Position numbers and translations under genes: made by a program
In this document: one piece after another, positions 41,096-53,132 of the stretch
Position numbering within the stretch: the first letter of the stretch is position 1
How the letters are laid out: every line of letters begins with the position of its first letter
The notes under the pieces: model-generated
Database searches by the model: none
What the model was told of the DNA's origin: nothing
The model's input: the letters and a program-made list of their open reading frames with translations, nothing else
DNA from: Botryllus schlosseri
Taxonomy: Eukaryota
Length of the DNA stretch: 64,000 bases
Reading direction: 5' to 3'
Assembly (NCBI GenBank): GCA_051294905.1
Contig: CM119371.1
Coordinates: forward strand, 8,806,001-8,870,000

Positions 41096-41460
41096 TACTA
41101 GTGCGGAGCATGGACCGGAGCTGGATTGGATATCCGGACGGACTTTTTTCAATTTTGGCCGGACCGGATCGGAGTTGAATCGGTACTTTTTCTTATACGG
41201 CCGGAGCCGGATCAGTAAGTTTTTGATAAGGCCATAATCTTGATGGATAAGCATGACGTTTGTAACTAACTAACTACCAATTAACCAACCAACCACACGC
41301 TAGTAACCGTCAAGCCAGTGCGAAAATAAACGAGCCCTGTTTATAAATTCACGGAACCACCGTACCGTGTTGGCTTGGTTTTTAGCCGGACTTGTTCATT
41401 TTTGGCCGGAGCCGGATCGGAGTCGGACCTGAGTATTTATCGATCCGCTCCGCACTACTA
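41096..41460. mobile_element. MITE with TAGTGCGGAGC inverted termini and CCGGA subterminal repeats
   Basis: tactagtgcggagc / gctccgcactacta; multiple ccggagccggatc motifs at both ends. Confidence 0.65.
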
Positions 41461-42071
41461 GTAGTCAATATTGCCGGATGCTTCGCTCCCTTTAATGTGA
41501 ATCGGGTATGGCTCCATGATACCGCCGTGAAAGTGCTGCACAGCTAATAATTGTGCATCGTGTGTGCTTATATTGATTTACTGCAAATGACAGCAAATTC
41601 CAGACTGAAAAAATCTAAAAATCACCGACCCGCTAGCGTATCACCATAAGATGGTCTCGCTCACCACTATAGTGGTATACGCATACCACAGTTTTGGAAC
41701 CACTGATCCACCGGTTTCGTCTGCCTTTTCTGCGCAGTCAAGAATTACCACTTTCGTCAAGTCAATGGTGATTAGTAACGAAGCTCTACTTATTCGGACT
41801 CTACTAGGTTTTTCCAAATTGCACTATATACTGAATTGGTTATATTTTCAGACTACGTCTGGTTTCACAGTTTTCAGGCAAAATTCCATACGTTTGTGAA
41901 TGCATGTTTAACTTGATTAATCGTTTTGAGATTGTTGCATGGATCCTCATCTTACGATTCAGGAAGTATCCACCTCCGATTAACTTATAGTTCGCAGCGT
42001 TCAAATTGACAAGTGTAATTGGTCTAAAAACCAGTGCTTCCCAAACTTTTTTGTATTTTGACACACTAGAA

Positions 42072-43161
42072 CAGTGGTTCCCAACCTTTTCCCACCCACG
42101 TACCATTTCCAGGTTTTATGCAGTGCTCGCGTACCACCTACATCGGTTACACGCGCGTTTCCACTATCTATGACGTCATAATCACGTATTTGACCTATGC
42201 GATGTGTAATGTCAAATTCCATTAAACTAGGCCAGGGGTGTCAAACATACGGCCCGCCAGACGATTTTATCCGGCCCGCGAAGCAATTCTGAGTAGATTG
42301 AAAAAAGATATTATCCATCACATCCACAGTAAGAAACCAAATTACAACGTCCGTGTTGACAGGTGAAAATCTTGTATTCATCAAAACGCATACGCAGGGC
42401 TAACGCCAGATTATGACTAAAGCAAAGGGAACACAGAAATATGTCTTCTTGTATCGCCGTTAATGCCACTGTTTTAGCGGTTCATAACTGTATTCAACCG
42501 GACAATCATCGTATTTTCGCCAATTTCATTGTTCGCATATAATGGCGTTGCGACTCGCTAGAATGAAACCCCTGCGATCCGTGTATTATCTATATATGCT
42601 TGATAATAAAGTATTCCAGCGAGAAGCAATGGCACGAGGCAACATTTTGGATTCCGTTGACTGGTCCGGCCCGCGAGCGATTTCATGACTTGGTTCCGGC
42701 CCACGATACAATTTGAGTTTCGACACCCCTGAACTAGGCATTATCAACCGGGGTTGATGGGATGTATGGAATTGTCTTTTCACCATCAGTCACAAGAAGA
42801 ACAACATAATGAAATAACAACACACAACAAAAGTCAATTTATTTAATGCGATGGCTGCATTTGTTTATTTACCACAAGCCGGTCGATGCGTGGCATACGT
42901 TTGCTCACAACGCATCGAAAGTCATGGGTGCGACAAGTCGGTTTCGTTTCTTCGACTTGATAGTCACCAGGGATGAGAATCCTTGCACGAATACCCACGT
43001 ATAAGAGAAAATTAGCAGCTGGAAATAGCGTGAGACGACGGCTTCAAAAAACTCAAAATCAACCCCACCTGAACTAAAAACTCCCTTCGGTCGAAAAAAA
43101 AACAGAATCTACTCGCGTACCACCTGGAAGACCTTCGCGTACCACAGGTTGGGAACCACTG
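42072..43161. mobile_element. hAT-type MITE, family G
   Basis: cagtggttcccaacct / aggttgggaaccactg; perfect TSD CACTAGAA; CGCGTACC subterminal motifs. Confidence 0.9.
42233..42731 (+). mobile_element. hAT-type MITE, family F, nested in family G
   Basis: caggggtgtcaaac / gtttcgacacccctg; perfect TSD AACTAGGC. Confidence 0.9.
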
Positions 43162-44559
43162 CACTAGAACAAAGCGCTCGCGACAAACTAGAGCAATTAC
43201 AAAACGCTCGCGGCACACTTACAAAAAAATGGATTTTGAGGAATAATCGTGTGGTAACGCATTGGTTATTATATTTATTCGAAAATATACACGACAACTA
43301 AAACGATGTTACATTGTAATGCTGACATACATGCTCCCATTTCGTCGCCAATTCCCAGTAGTCTCTCACTTGTTCAACTTTTAATTTTATTCAGGTAACA
43401 AACGATGTTCGCATAGATGCAAATTGTGATAAGATCCTGATTGCTTTTGAACCTGTTTTGGTATCGGATTTGAAAGGAGACGGTCCCAACTCGTCCATTT
43501 TTGTGGAAACAGTGTTTGAGAAACGGACGTTTCGTAAATCAAAGAGCTGTTCCCCTGCGGAATGTTTGCTTGTTTCGTTGCCGCCAACTGGAATTACGAC
43601 CCACCTAAAGTTGTGAACAACCAATCCTGAAAAGTAATATTGCGATGCAAGTAGAAGTCCCGGCAATGCGGCTACATTTTGCGGGGTAATTTTTTTGTTC
43701 ACTGGTGGATCCACTACGAGCGACCAATTATGACGTGAGAATTACCGAACTCGTCACAATGCCACGATTTGCTGCTGATGTACCAGCCACGAAGCAGTGA
43801 ATAGAACACTTTCAAGTCGCATATGCTTTCCCTCGTGCCTTGTTTAAAAGTATTAATGAAGAAAAGATTCGTGGCCCACCTTAGAATGTGTGCCGCGGCA
43901 TATAGTACTATATAATAGTAATATATAATACTAATAGTACTACACACGGTCGACCATTTTACCTCGATTTCGTGACCAAAATGAAAACAGGAGGCGTCAG
44001 AGGACTAATGTGCCTCGGCATATAGTTTGGGAATCAATGTTATAAAATGTTCAATTACAAGTGTCAGTCGTCTAAAACCACAACCAATTTAGTAAGTAGT
44101 GCAAGCACGCATAACTAACTTCAGTAGTCCTAAAATATCGAAATAATCCAAGTTCGATTTAACATGCATCATTGACACGATATACCAGTGGTTCTCTACC
44201 TGTACCAACTCAACGCGTCCTTATCATGCTCGGCACAACCCCCCCTCATTTACGAATACAAAATGGAGGACACATGAACGCCAAATTTATGCAACTATAG
44301 CTTCATTCGCTGGTGAATTTGCTAACACTGCGTCATTTTTGCGAGAGTCGATGCTCGCAAAACAGGTTTCCACCATCACTTTCCGTTGGAATGATCATTT
44401 TTTAATTTCGACTTCGCGTCCTATACAATGTTAGCCGTCTTTACGTGCATTTTTGACCGTGTTTATTAAATATATCTCGCTGAAAGTTTTGACATTTTTG
44501 ACTCCCTATCGTCAACCTCGTATGTTGTCGCCCGATATCGTTACCTTATTTATCTAAAT

Positions 44560-46050
44560 CAGAGGTCTCAAACACGCGGCCCGCCAGAGCATTTTGTGCG
44601 GCCCGCGACGAAATTTTAAATTTTTATTAATTTGACAATATATAAGTGTCACATATATCTTTTCAGGTTGTAAAGTGAAAATTTCCTCTTAAATTGCTTC
44701 GAAAGCCGGAAACTATTCATCAAACTTGACCATCACATCAATTGCAAACGCTACCATGCAGTTGAAGATTCACTATTTCACCACATTTCCATTTCATGTT
44801 GACAAAACCTAACCCACCCAGTGGTTCTCAACCTTTTTCGACCCATCGCGCCCTTTTCAAGGTCAATACCGATCATCGCCCCCCAAATTTTGTGTACCGA
44901 AAATTGGGCATACAAACTGTAATCACCGGCGGGTTGACTAAAAAAAAGGTAAAATTTTCGGTTCGATGACCAATTTGACAGACTTTTGTAACTAAATTTA
45001 ATTTCCGTGGGTTGACTAAAAAAAAAAAAAAAGGTCAGCCGTTATTTTCGCCCCCCGTCGCCCCCTTTGTCCATTTTCGCCCACTGTCGCCCCTGCGTCA
45101 TTTTCGCCAACGTTGGGAACCACTGCCTTAGACGATTCGTGACTGAAATTTGTGAGTTAGACTTGGACGCGACCTTTCTTAGAATTACTCAGACTCGCGC
45201 TAACTCGATGGCAAAAAGAAAAGGACTCGAGTGGACTCGGAGTGACACGGAATACTGTGAATTTGTTAGAACCCCAGACGCAACAAACTAATCGCGTATC
45301 CGGGGAATAGTAATAGATCATAAGGTCGCAGCTTGATATGTCGCTAACTAAGCAAGTAGTTATGGTTACATCTTAGGTCGCTAAACCACGTTATTAAGGC
45401 CACTTAAAGGTACCGAGTACCGTAGTGGCACGCACCAACGATGTGACAACAATGGGCCGTTCGGCGTTCCGACATTTCAATCACTAGGACACATTCAATA
45501 ATATATTTATATTATATTTATATTTTTTTCTGGTCCTATATTTGAAGATATTTGGCCATGAAATTAATCGCCTAGTTATCAGAAGTATACCCGAATCCTG
45601 GATTTGAATTACAATGCTCTGCTCAACCTAAAATTGTTTTGGTATCAGATCAGTCTCTATTATCAATCTGTTAAATTCAAAATATTCATATTAGCAGCAA
45701 AATTATAACCCGATAGCTTTTATGATGGCATCATACACATTAGTCCGCCCATATGGTGTCTATATCTTATAATTAATATATATCAAGTACAACAACACGT
45801 CTATTCAATTAGTTATAAATGTGATGATTCTTTTCGTGCCTGGTCTAAATTGATACAATAGTAAATCACATTTTGACGATGTGTGTTTACTGTCAGTCTG
45901 TTGCATCGGCTCACTTTCAATAGGACGCTTCATTTCCGCCAAATAAGGCCTACTTGGAAATACATAGAATACCCCTATAAATACTGCGGCCCGCGGCGTC
46001 GTCAAAACTGGAAAACTGGCCCGCGAGCACATTTGAGTTTGAGACCTCTG
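44560..46050 (+). mobile_element. hAT-type MITE, family I
   Basis: cagaggtctcaaac / gtttgagacctctg; perfect TSD ATCTAAAT; closely colinear with 53133-54339. Confidence 0.9.
44819..45125. mobile_element. Small hAT-type MITE nested in family I
   Basis: cagtggttctcaacc / cgttgggaaccactg with CGCCCC repeats; absent from the 53133 copy. Confidence 0.75.
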
Positions 46051-46356
46051 ATCTAAATCGTCCGCTAGTGGCGATATCGCCCACGTTGAGATTCACTGCA
46101 ATATACCCTAGGAATAGGCTGTTGGTTTAGTCGACCCATCACCGATGTTCAGCACGAAGACTTTGTATTTTTAAAACGCTGAGGTCGGCCTGAAAACGTG
46201 ACCGTGAAAAGCGTGTCTCCCGAGATACTGAAACGAAAGCTGCGCCATGATCCGCTATTTGTACGCTCTGTGTACTGGTATATATATATTTCTATCTGTC
46301 GATCCAATAAGATCTGGCAGCAATAATGAACTTTTGCAATTCGTAAACCGTGAAAT

Positions 46357-46722
46357 ATGACATTCATATTTGCAGGCCGGGCTATGCTGGTACGGGAGTG
46401 CATAACAGCACTGCTTGATACCTTCGCATTCATTGGCTTAATAGCCGGTATATCTTTGATCGTGGACGATTACGCGACTCGTCAAACTCCGAATGTGAAT
46501 GTCACGGAAACTGGCACCACAGTAGAACCGGCGCGCCTTCCCGTGGGATCATTGGGCGGAATTGTGATCGGACTTTCCGTGCTGGCTGTCATTCTCGGAA
46601 TAGTCGTGTCGAAGGGGCAGCGTGATATATTGAGACGCCTGTTCCGTAGGAGACACGTGCGGTATCTCGAACCCGTGGAATGGCGACCCACGTGTTCTCG
46701 CGGGAGTCTTGCCCGCTTATAA
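46357..46722 (+). CDS. Possible small membrane protein (121 aa, two hydrophobic segments)
   Basis: FAFIGLIAGISLIV, N-glycosylation sequon NVT, TM-like LGGIVIGLSVLAVILGIVV followed by basic RRLFRRR; locally GC-richer than its flanks. No homology recognised. Confidence 0.45.
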   Translation: MTFIFAGRAMLVRECITALLDTFAFIGLIAGISLIVDDYATRQTPNVNVTETGTTVEPARLPVGSLGGIVIGLSVLAVILGIVVSKGQRDILRRLFRRRHVRYLEPVEWRPTCSRGSLARL

Positions 46723-48083
46723 GTCGATTCTTAGCTTATTTGAGATGCCATATTTATGTCGTCTGTTTATTGGTCGATTCAAGGCTGATTCGAAGTAGCA
46801 TTGGCGTCTTGTCTGCTCATTGCTCGATTTTAAACCTCTTGGTTGCGCAACGTTGAAACACTATCTTGTCGCGGTATAAAGTGCACCTGGTTGTCAAATT
46901 TGTTGGCTTTTGTAATCTGTAAGTAACATTGACGTGTATCTACATACTTTATATATTGTTTTATCGTGTAAGTTTGCTTGATACGAGTTGATATTTTGCT
47001 TGAACAAAACGAAATTCATCGTCTATGATAGAGATTGCATCAGACTGGATCTTATACACATGTTGGACCTGTCGTCGGGTTGTCGCAATAACATTGAAAT
47101 AAAACAGTTTTAGAAGTGGCGCACTATTATAAGAAGTGGCATAAGACAACACTTCAGGAATAATAAATATTCATGACAAATTTATCGAAGCCGTCTATAA
47201 TTCGCGCTTACACGCAGTTTAATCGAGATATTTTTTAATGTTTCTTGAAGTATCCGCGGCCCACGTGATGCAGTTGTCCAAATCTAATCTAGTCAGGATT
47301 CTGGTTTGTCGGTATACTCGTAAGGTGAATGGGTCAAGTACAACTCTCCTAATCCAACATATTTATAACGCTGGAATATCGCCACATGGGGAGCACGAGG
47401 CCGCTTGTCGTAGATACGCTGCGACACAACTCAGAATGGATGTAATCACTGTTAATAGACTATTAGGAACTTCTGCAGAGACTTGGTCTTGCAAAACATA
47501 ATTTAAAATAACATTTTTCGGAATATTACGGTTTGATTGCATGTTCACACGCTCATATCACGAGGAACGCTATGATCGCGCGATCGAATCAACGTAGCAG
47601 ACTCTGGCCGACCGCAAACATTGCGATATTCGATATTCAACAAAATTTCAGATCGAAATTGATTTTTGCTCTAATCATTGGGAATCAGCCCATGTCGCTC
47701 ATCTCTCGCTTCGTCGATCTATGAAACTTCTTCAGATAGGAAGCCGCGAGCTTAAAGCTATAATTGTGTCTCAACGTCCATTACGTTTCATTTAAATTGC
47801 AGAGATTGGGGGTTGCAAATTATCCAAGAAACTTTAATGCGAAGTAAATCTATCATGGTTCCTATAACATGCGCTTGCGAACATCAATCAATTTGAGGAA
47901 GTAGCTGTGCGAAGTGCTGTTGCTTTTAAGCATTGATCCCTGCTGAATCACCAAAGAATCTTCAATACCAAGACATGTTGCTGCGGGAGTGGTGCTACAT
48001 GGTCTTCATACAGCTGTATAGTTCAACAGGCAAAATTGGATCAGAAGATCAAAACTATTGAACCTAATCTGCTATAACGCAGA

Positions 48084-49088
48084 ATGAACAGCACTTTTAG
48101 CGCCGAAGGAATGAACCGAGCCGTAGCAGCGTCCAAAATCAGCGATATTGAACACACGGTCGCAGTAGTCCTGTTTGCCTTCCTGACGATTCTAGGCACA
48201 CTCGGAAGTACAACCATGATTGCCATCTTGCTGAAGATGGAACGAACCGCCTTCCACGTCATTCTGATCGGGATGTGTGTTTCGGATATACTGTCAGCTT
48301 GCAACAGCCCATTGTATGTTGTCGTACAAATTAGTTCGGCAAATTTCACATTGCCCCCTTTTCTGTGTTCCGCCACCATCACCATCGATCAATACACCAC
48401 ATTTGGAACACTAGGTCACGTGTTGTTGCTGAGTTACATGAGATTCCGAAATATAGTAGGCGGTCCCATAATTCCGAATCGAAGTAATGGAGATGATGCA
48501 AAACGCTACACAATACTCGTGGTTCTAACGTGGCTATTCTCTGCGTTCATTTCGATCCCCTTTCCACTCGCAATTAGATCTGCTGTGACTCCGCAAGGGG
48601 TCGTGTGTGAAGGTAGGAAAGACACTCATGTAGCAATCAAGTTCATGACAGCGTGTTCAGTAACGGTCGGAGTTATCGTTCCAATTGTGATGATAGTTGG
48701 ATACCGTTCCCGCCTCATCATATTCTTGACAAATAGAACATCTCCGTCAAGCAATCGCGATTCCGCCAAGGAAAAAAATGCGGTCAATCAACTCTTGGCC
48801 ATCGCCGTCACTGTTTTAATCGGATATTGCTGTGAGTACGGAACCAAATTTTACTTCATTTATCGCTGGAAAGCGGGTGTAGACAGATCGAAAATACTCG
48901 TGGCTCTGGCAGCGCATGGTGTCGTGCGTATCACAGAATGCATCAATCCCTTGATTTATTATTTGGGTTCGAAAGAGTTACAGAAGACAGTAACGTCTTG
49001 GTGCAGATCAATGAAGAGACGGAATAGAGTTAGCCCTGACTTCCCCGCTGCGGTATCAACCAAAGTCGAAATTATCACTGAGGATTGA
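48084..49088 (+). CDS. Intronless rhodopsin-family (class A) GPCR, divergent orphan, 334 aa
   Basis: Seven hydrophobic helices; N-terminal NST sequon, TM2 CVSDIL, Cys at top of TM3 and in ECL2, MRF at the DRY position, TM4 Trp, TM7 NPLIYY, helix-8-like SKELQK. Confidence 0.9.
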   Translation: MNSTFSAEGMNRAVAASKISDIEHTVAVVLFAFLTILGTLGSTTMIAILLKMERTAFHVILIGMCVSDILSACNSPLYVVVQISSANFTLPPFLCSATITIDQYTTFGTLGHVLLLSYMRFRNIVGGPIIPNRSNGDDAKRYTILVVLTWLFSAFISIPFPLAIRSAVTPQGVVCEGRKDTHVAIKFMTACSVTVGVIVPIVMIVGYRSRLIIFLTNRTSPSSNRDSAKEKNAVNQLLAIAVTVLIGYCCEYGTKFYFIYRWKAGVDRSKILVALAAHGVVRITECINPLIYYLGSKELQKTVTSWCRSMKRRNRVSPDFPAAVSTKVEIITED

Positions 49089-50290
49089 GGAACTTGCTCT
49101 ACTTCAAGTGTTAGATACAACCAATTTCAAACCAAATTTACAATCAAGAAATCCAAATCAGAATATCTGGATTCCAGATTTTGATTGGAGGAATCCACAT
49201 TTATGGAGTGGCGGATCGGTTTCGTTACTTTCATTAGTGCTGTTGCAGACAATTGTCATTGTTTTATTTTCGGTAATGATCATTATGTTCAATAATTTCT
49301 TGCTTTGTAAATATGATCCTGATGTTTATCTTTCTTCGTATAACATAAATACACCAGCCCGTATTGGGTAATCGGACCAATAAATCATTACTAAACTTGA
49401 TGTTTGTGTCATGCCGCATGGATAATGGATATTTTTATCGACGAGAATCTTTCCCTAACAAAAAAGCCAGACCAGTAACGCAACCCAGTAATCATACTAC
49501 AACAGTTGATGGACATATACATTACAATTTTCGATTACAACAGCCACCATCCCATTGCGGTTTGATACATACATTATATTTGGTGATTGCGACATATTGC
49601 CTTTTCACAATTTTCGCTTGGGAAGTTTCGTACTATCAAAGAAAGCAAGATATAGCATCATGATATCTTCAACTCGGAATTTGGAGTCGCTTGTCAATAC
49701 GCTATTTCAATTTGCCCATAACATTCCACGTATCTTTCTCGCTGTGCTGCCGATTTACAATATCACAGATCTACATTTGACGTATGATGACTTTCTCTTT
49801 ACAATAACGACATTGTGTAACAATTGCATATGTTCTAATATAGTCATCAATGGCGCATAAGAGGCGAATAACGAACGCTGACCATAATAAAGGTAAATCT
49901 GGCTTGGCAACCAGGCGCTGGGGTAGGATGTTATGGATTTTACACGGAGCCAAATTTCCTAAAAAGTAAGGCTTGAGCAGAACCTACGAGTATATAAAGC
50001 TGGAATTTGCCATCTGACCAGATATCATGCTCTAGAAACATACAGTATCTTTTGACACCCTGATTACATACAGCTGTAAATGAGTAAGGTATACATGACG
50101 CGCGAGATAGTTATAGTCTACTAGTTTAGATTGTTTATTATTTATCTATTACTTATCGGGCAACAGTACCGCAAAAGAAAATCATGATATTACCTGGATT
50201 TATTATGGTTGATGTTATAAGAAGTATGGAATTTATTATTATTGGCTGAGCAATGAATCATTAATTTGAAAACTGATTTACACCTTATCC

Positions 50291-50670
50291 TAGGGTTTCC
50301 ATACGTCCTCCTCCTTTCTGAGGTTTTTGAAAATGTCCCCCGGGGACGCCCAAATATCCTCATTTTTGGGGATTTGCCCTCCATTACAGCTTTTAGATCT
50401 AAGATTCGAGCTAAAACGGGCATCAATGACGCTAAATAAGAAATTCGTAGTCCGAGCGTAAGTGAACACATTTTCTCAACCAACGGATAAATGTAAAATA
50501 AAACTGTAATTGGGTGGGGGGTTTGAGACGGAAAGTTGACCTTATTTTCAGTCAACCGATTTCAAAGTGGGGAAAATTTACTAATTTTTTCGTATTTGCG
50601 TACGGTATTCTAAGTTTGAAAATTTTGAAAATGGGTCCTGCTTTCCCGATTCCAAAATATGGTAACCCTA
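50291..50670. mobile_element. Family L MITE, shared with the duplicate at 58583-58938
   Basis: tagggtttccatacgtcc ... aaatatggtaacccta. Confidence 0.75.
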
Positions 50671-51104
50671 ACATTTATACCTTATCCCATTAACATTTCA
50701 TTATCTACTTTCCGTTGTTGGTCACTCCTCTATTACTCAACCATGATCATCTGATAAGGATGCTATTGAGATTCAATAATTCCATCGACTTCCTTCACCG
50801 CAAACATTAATTGCGAATTGATAACACGTCCCGCATTGCGCCATAAAATTTTCTTACAGCAAGACTAGACAGATAACAATGTATTCTTGTCCGGCCATAT
50901 CAGTTAATCACCAAGTAGCAAATAGAACATGCACTTGGTGTTATCTCAATGAGCATCAAATGGAAAGCGGCCACAGAATTCGACAAAAATCAAAGTAAGC
51001 TCGATGGTCATTGCAAAGTCATAAGTTAACATGATGTAGATTGGCTCACATATACTGAGAAGTTGTCGAGGTGAATACAGCGAAACGTACTAAGAGAAGG
51101 CAAG

Positions 51105-52090
51105 ATGGAAGACATCGTGGTTCTTGCTCTGCAGACGGCTGGCATCGCTCATGGGCCTAATAGCTCTATACCCGATACAATTGAGCATGTACTTCGCGAT
51201 AAACAACGAAGACAAGACAACGCGGAATCAAATATTTCTCGAAAAAGGAAACTGCCGCTGAATTGTGGTCACGAGACAAAGTATTTTACCGATAATGAAA
51301 AGGTCAGCGGTAAAAAGAGGAAATTGAACAATACCAGCATATCCTGTCTGGAGGAACGCAAGATCCCAGAACAGGACAGCGGTAGAACGCTCGTTCGACA
51401 CGATAGTGGCAAGAGGAAAGCACTGAATTCGAATTCACAATTCAGTGAAAAGGCATGTTGCAGAGAAGATTCCGAGATCCCCGATGAGGACATCCTTGCT
51501 GCCAGGAAAATTGCCTTGTTCGCTTACGAGAATGATCAGTGGATAAACGTTTGACATAAGAAGGAAACCATCCCAAGTATATCCGAAGCCAGCTTTACGA
51601 AGTGTCAACGTTAAAATCATCCCCGTTGATGTCTGCATCTGAACGATTCAGTACCAGGGCTGTCGTTCGCACGGCGAAGAAACGATTTGTCAAAGGTGAC
51701 ACGTCAAACGCGAATGCATATGAATCCACATTGGAGCACAAGTCGGCATCAAAATATTTAGTAAGGGATAATGAGAAAATGGAGACATCTGAATTGGTTT
51801 TCAATAAGTGTAAAACAACGCCTATCATGGAATACAAAGAAACGGGGTCGGTGGAAATCAATGCCACCCACACCACATCGGCTCCTCCTGTGCCACTAAA
51901 CTGTTGTTCCAGGTTGTTAAGATTGCGATCGAGATTATCAAGAGTAACAAACATTGAAACTCTCTTCGAAATATCTCGAATCGTCATGCAATCATTCGGC
52001 AAGACTGATGTGGAAAATGACTTGACTTTTGACCTTCGCGATCTTGACAATGAGGTGATCACGCATATTGAACTTGTGTTGGATTTATGA
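51105..52090 (+). pseudogene. AF9/ENL-like (AHD/ET domain) gene, copy 1, disrupted by a nonsense codon and a frameshift
   Basis: C-terminus LLRLRSRLSRVTNIETLFEISRIVMQSFGKTDVENDLTFDLRDLDNEVITHIELVL matches the ANC1-homology/ET fold pattern (...FDLxxLD). TGA at 51552 where copy 2 has TCA; 2 extra nt near 51580. Confidence 0.7.
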
Positions 52091-52109
52091 AAATCCTAAA
52101 CTTTGAATG

Positions 52110-52745
52110 CAACGTGAGTAGCAGAGAATTCGAACGGAGATAGATCATTTTGTTAATGTGTAAAACATAGCTAGTCATGTCACTTGAAATTCAAAACTGC
52201 ATGCGACTACACATGTTCCATTACGACGATTGCTGCTATGTTGATCAGTCCACGAATAATTCTAATATGAATTGTAAGTATTTTGCAGCGTTCCAATGCA
52301 TTGCGCATCGGATATTATCTGAACTATTGTTTGAGTGTATTTTTTTTTTATATACCTTCTTTGTGATTTGTTTAATTGATATTTTGTGTGGTACCACCCC
52401 AATATGATTGCTACGTTCGTGTGTTCGATATATGAATGCATCGTGAGTAGCAAGCATTCGAACGGAGATAGATCATTTTGTTAATGTATAGAACATATAG
52501 CTAGTCACCTGAATTTCAAAACTGCACGCAACTACACATGTTTCATTACGACGATTCCTGCTATGTTGATCAGTCCACGAATAATTCGAATATGAATTCA
52601 AAGATTTTGTAGCGTTCCAATGCAGTGCGCATTGGATATTATCTGAATTATTGTTTGAGTGCAAGTGTTTTTGTATTATTTGCCTTCTTTGTGATTTGTT
52701 TATTTGATATTTTGTGTGTCACCACCCCAATATGATTGCTACGTT
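52110..52745 (+). repeat. Local tandem duplication of ~330 bp downstream of the AHD ORF
   Basis: cgtgagtagca...ttcgaacggagatagatcattttgttaatgt...caccccaatatgattgctacgttcg occurs at 52112-52419 and again at 52442-52747; single in unit 2. Confidence 0.85.
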
Positions 52746-53132
52746 CGCTTTTTTCGTTTTATTATGTTGCATTTCAATATTAATTTTTCGACCAATCTAA
52801 ATGTGCAGTTTGAAGCTGTAGAAATCCCCGGTCACGGTGGCAGAATAGAAAGATGCTTGGTAACCGCGAATGTTCAAGTTCTTCAGTAACTGGCAGTGAG
52901 AGAAGAATCAATCCCAGCATGTTCATTCTTCTACTAAATGCTTCGAAAATGCATGACCGTCGATCAGATAAAATATATATCAAATATTTCCTACATTTTA
53001 ACAATATGAATGAGGCACCGCATAAATACTTTCTGCATATCATTTACTCGGAGATACAAAGGTTTTTATCGTCAATTTCGAATACCCACTGTAATATACG
53101 GTACCTATTTTTATAATTGATACCCACTAAAT

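Larger units (their letters stand above)
40266..41705 (-). mobile_element. hAT (Buster/ZBED-like) derivative carrying a transposase N-terminal BED-finger remnant
   Basis: cagtgtttctcacac / gttttggaaccactg; minus-strand MSK*EYNPEYLK/YRFIAIEYIGECL/CVVCMKTVFNATMKPGLLKRHL (40880-41036). Confidence 0.7.
42032..44039 (-). mobile_element. hAT derivative with transposase C-terminal remnant, host of two nested MITEs
   Basis: cagtgcttcccaaac / gtttgggaatcaatg; minus-strand FRWVVIP..EQLFDLRNVRF..KAIRILSQFAS../RLLGIGDEMGACMS (43320-43610) resembles the hAT dimerisation region. TSD poor. Confidence 0.6.

Noticed and set aside
50995..51080. Possible GTAAGC...ACAG intron extending the AHD ORF upstream
   Set aside because: Splicing it places a TGA (50950-50952) in frame within 15 codons, and there is no polypyrimidine tract.
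51595..52062. 155-aa antisense ORF (and 59914-60309, 48041-48385)
   Set aside because: These are shadows of the sense-strand AHD and GPCR frames, with no independent motifs.
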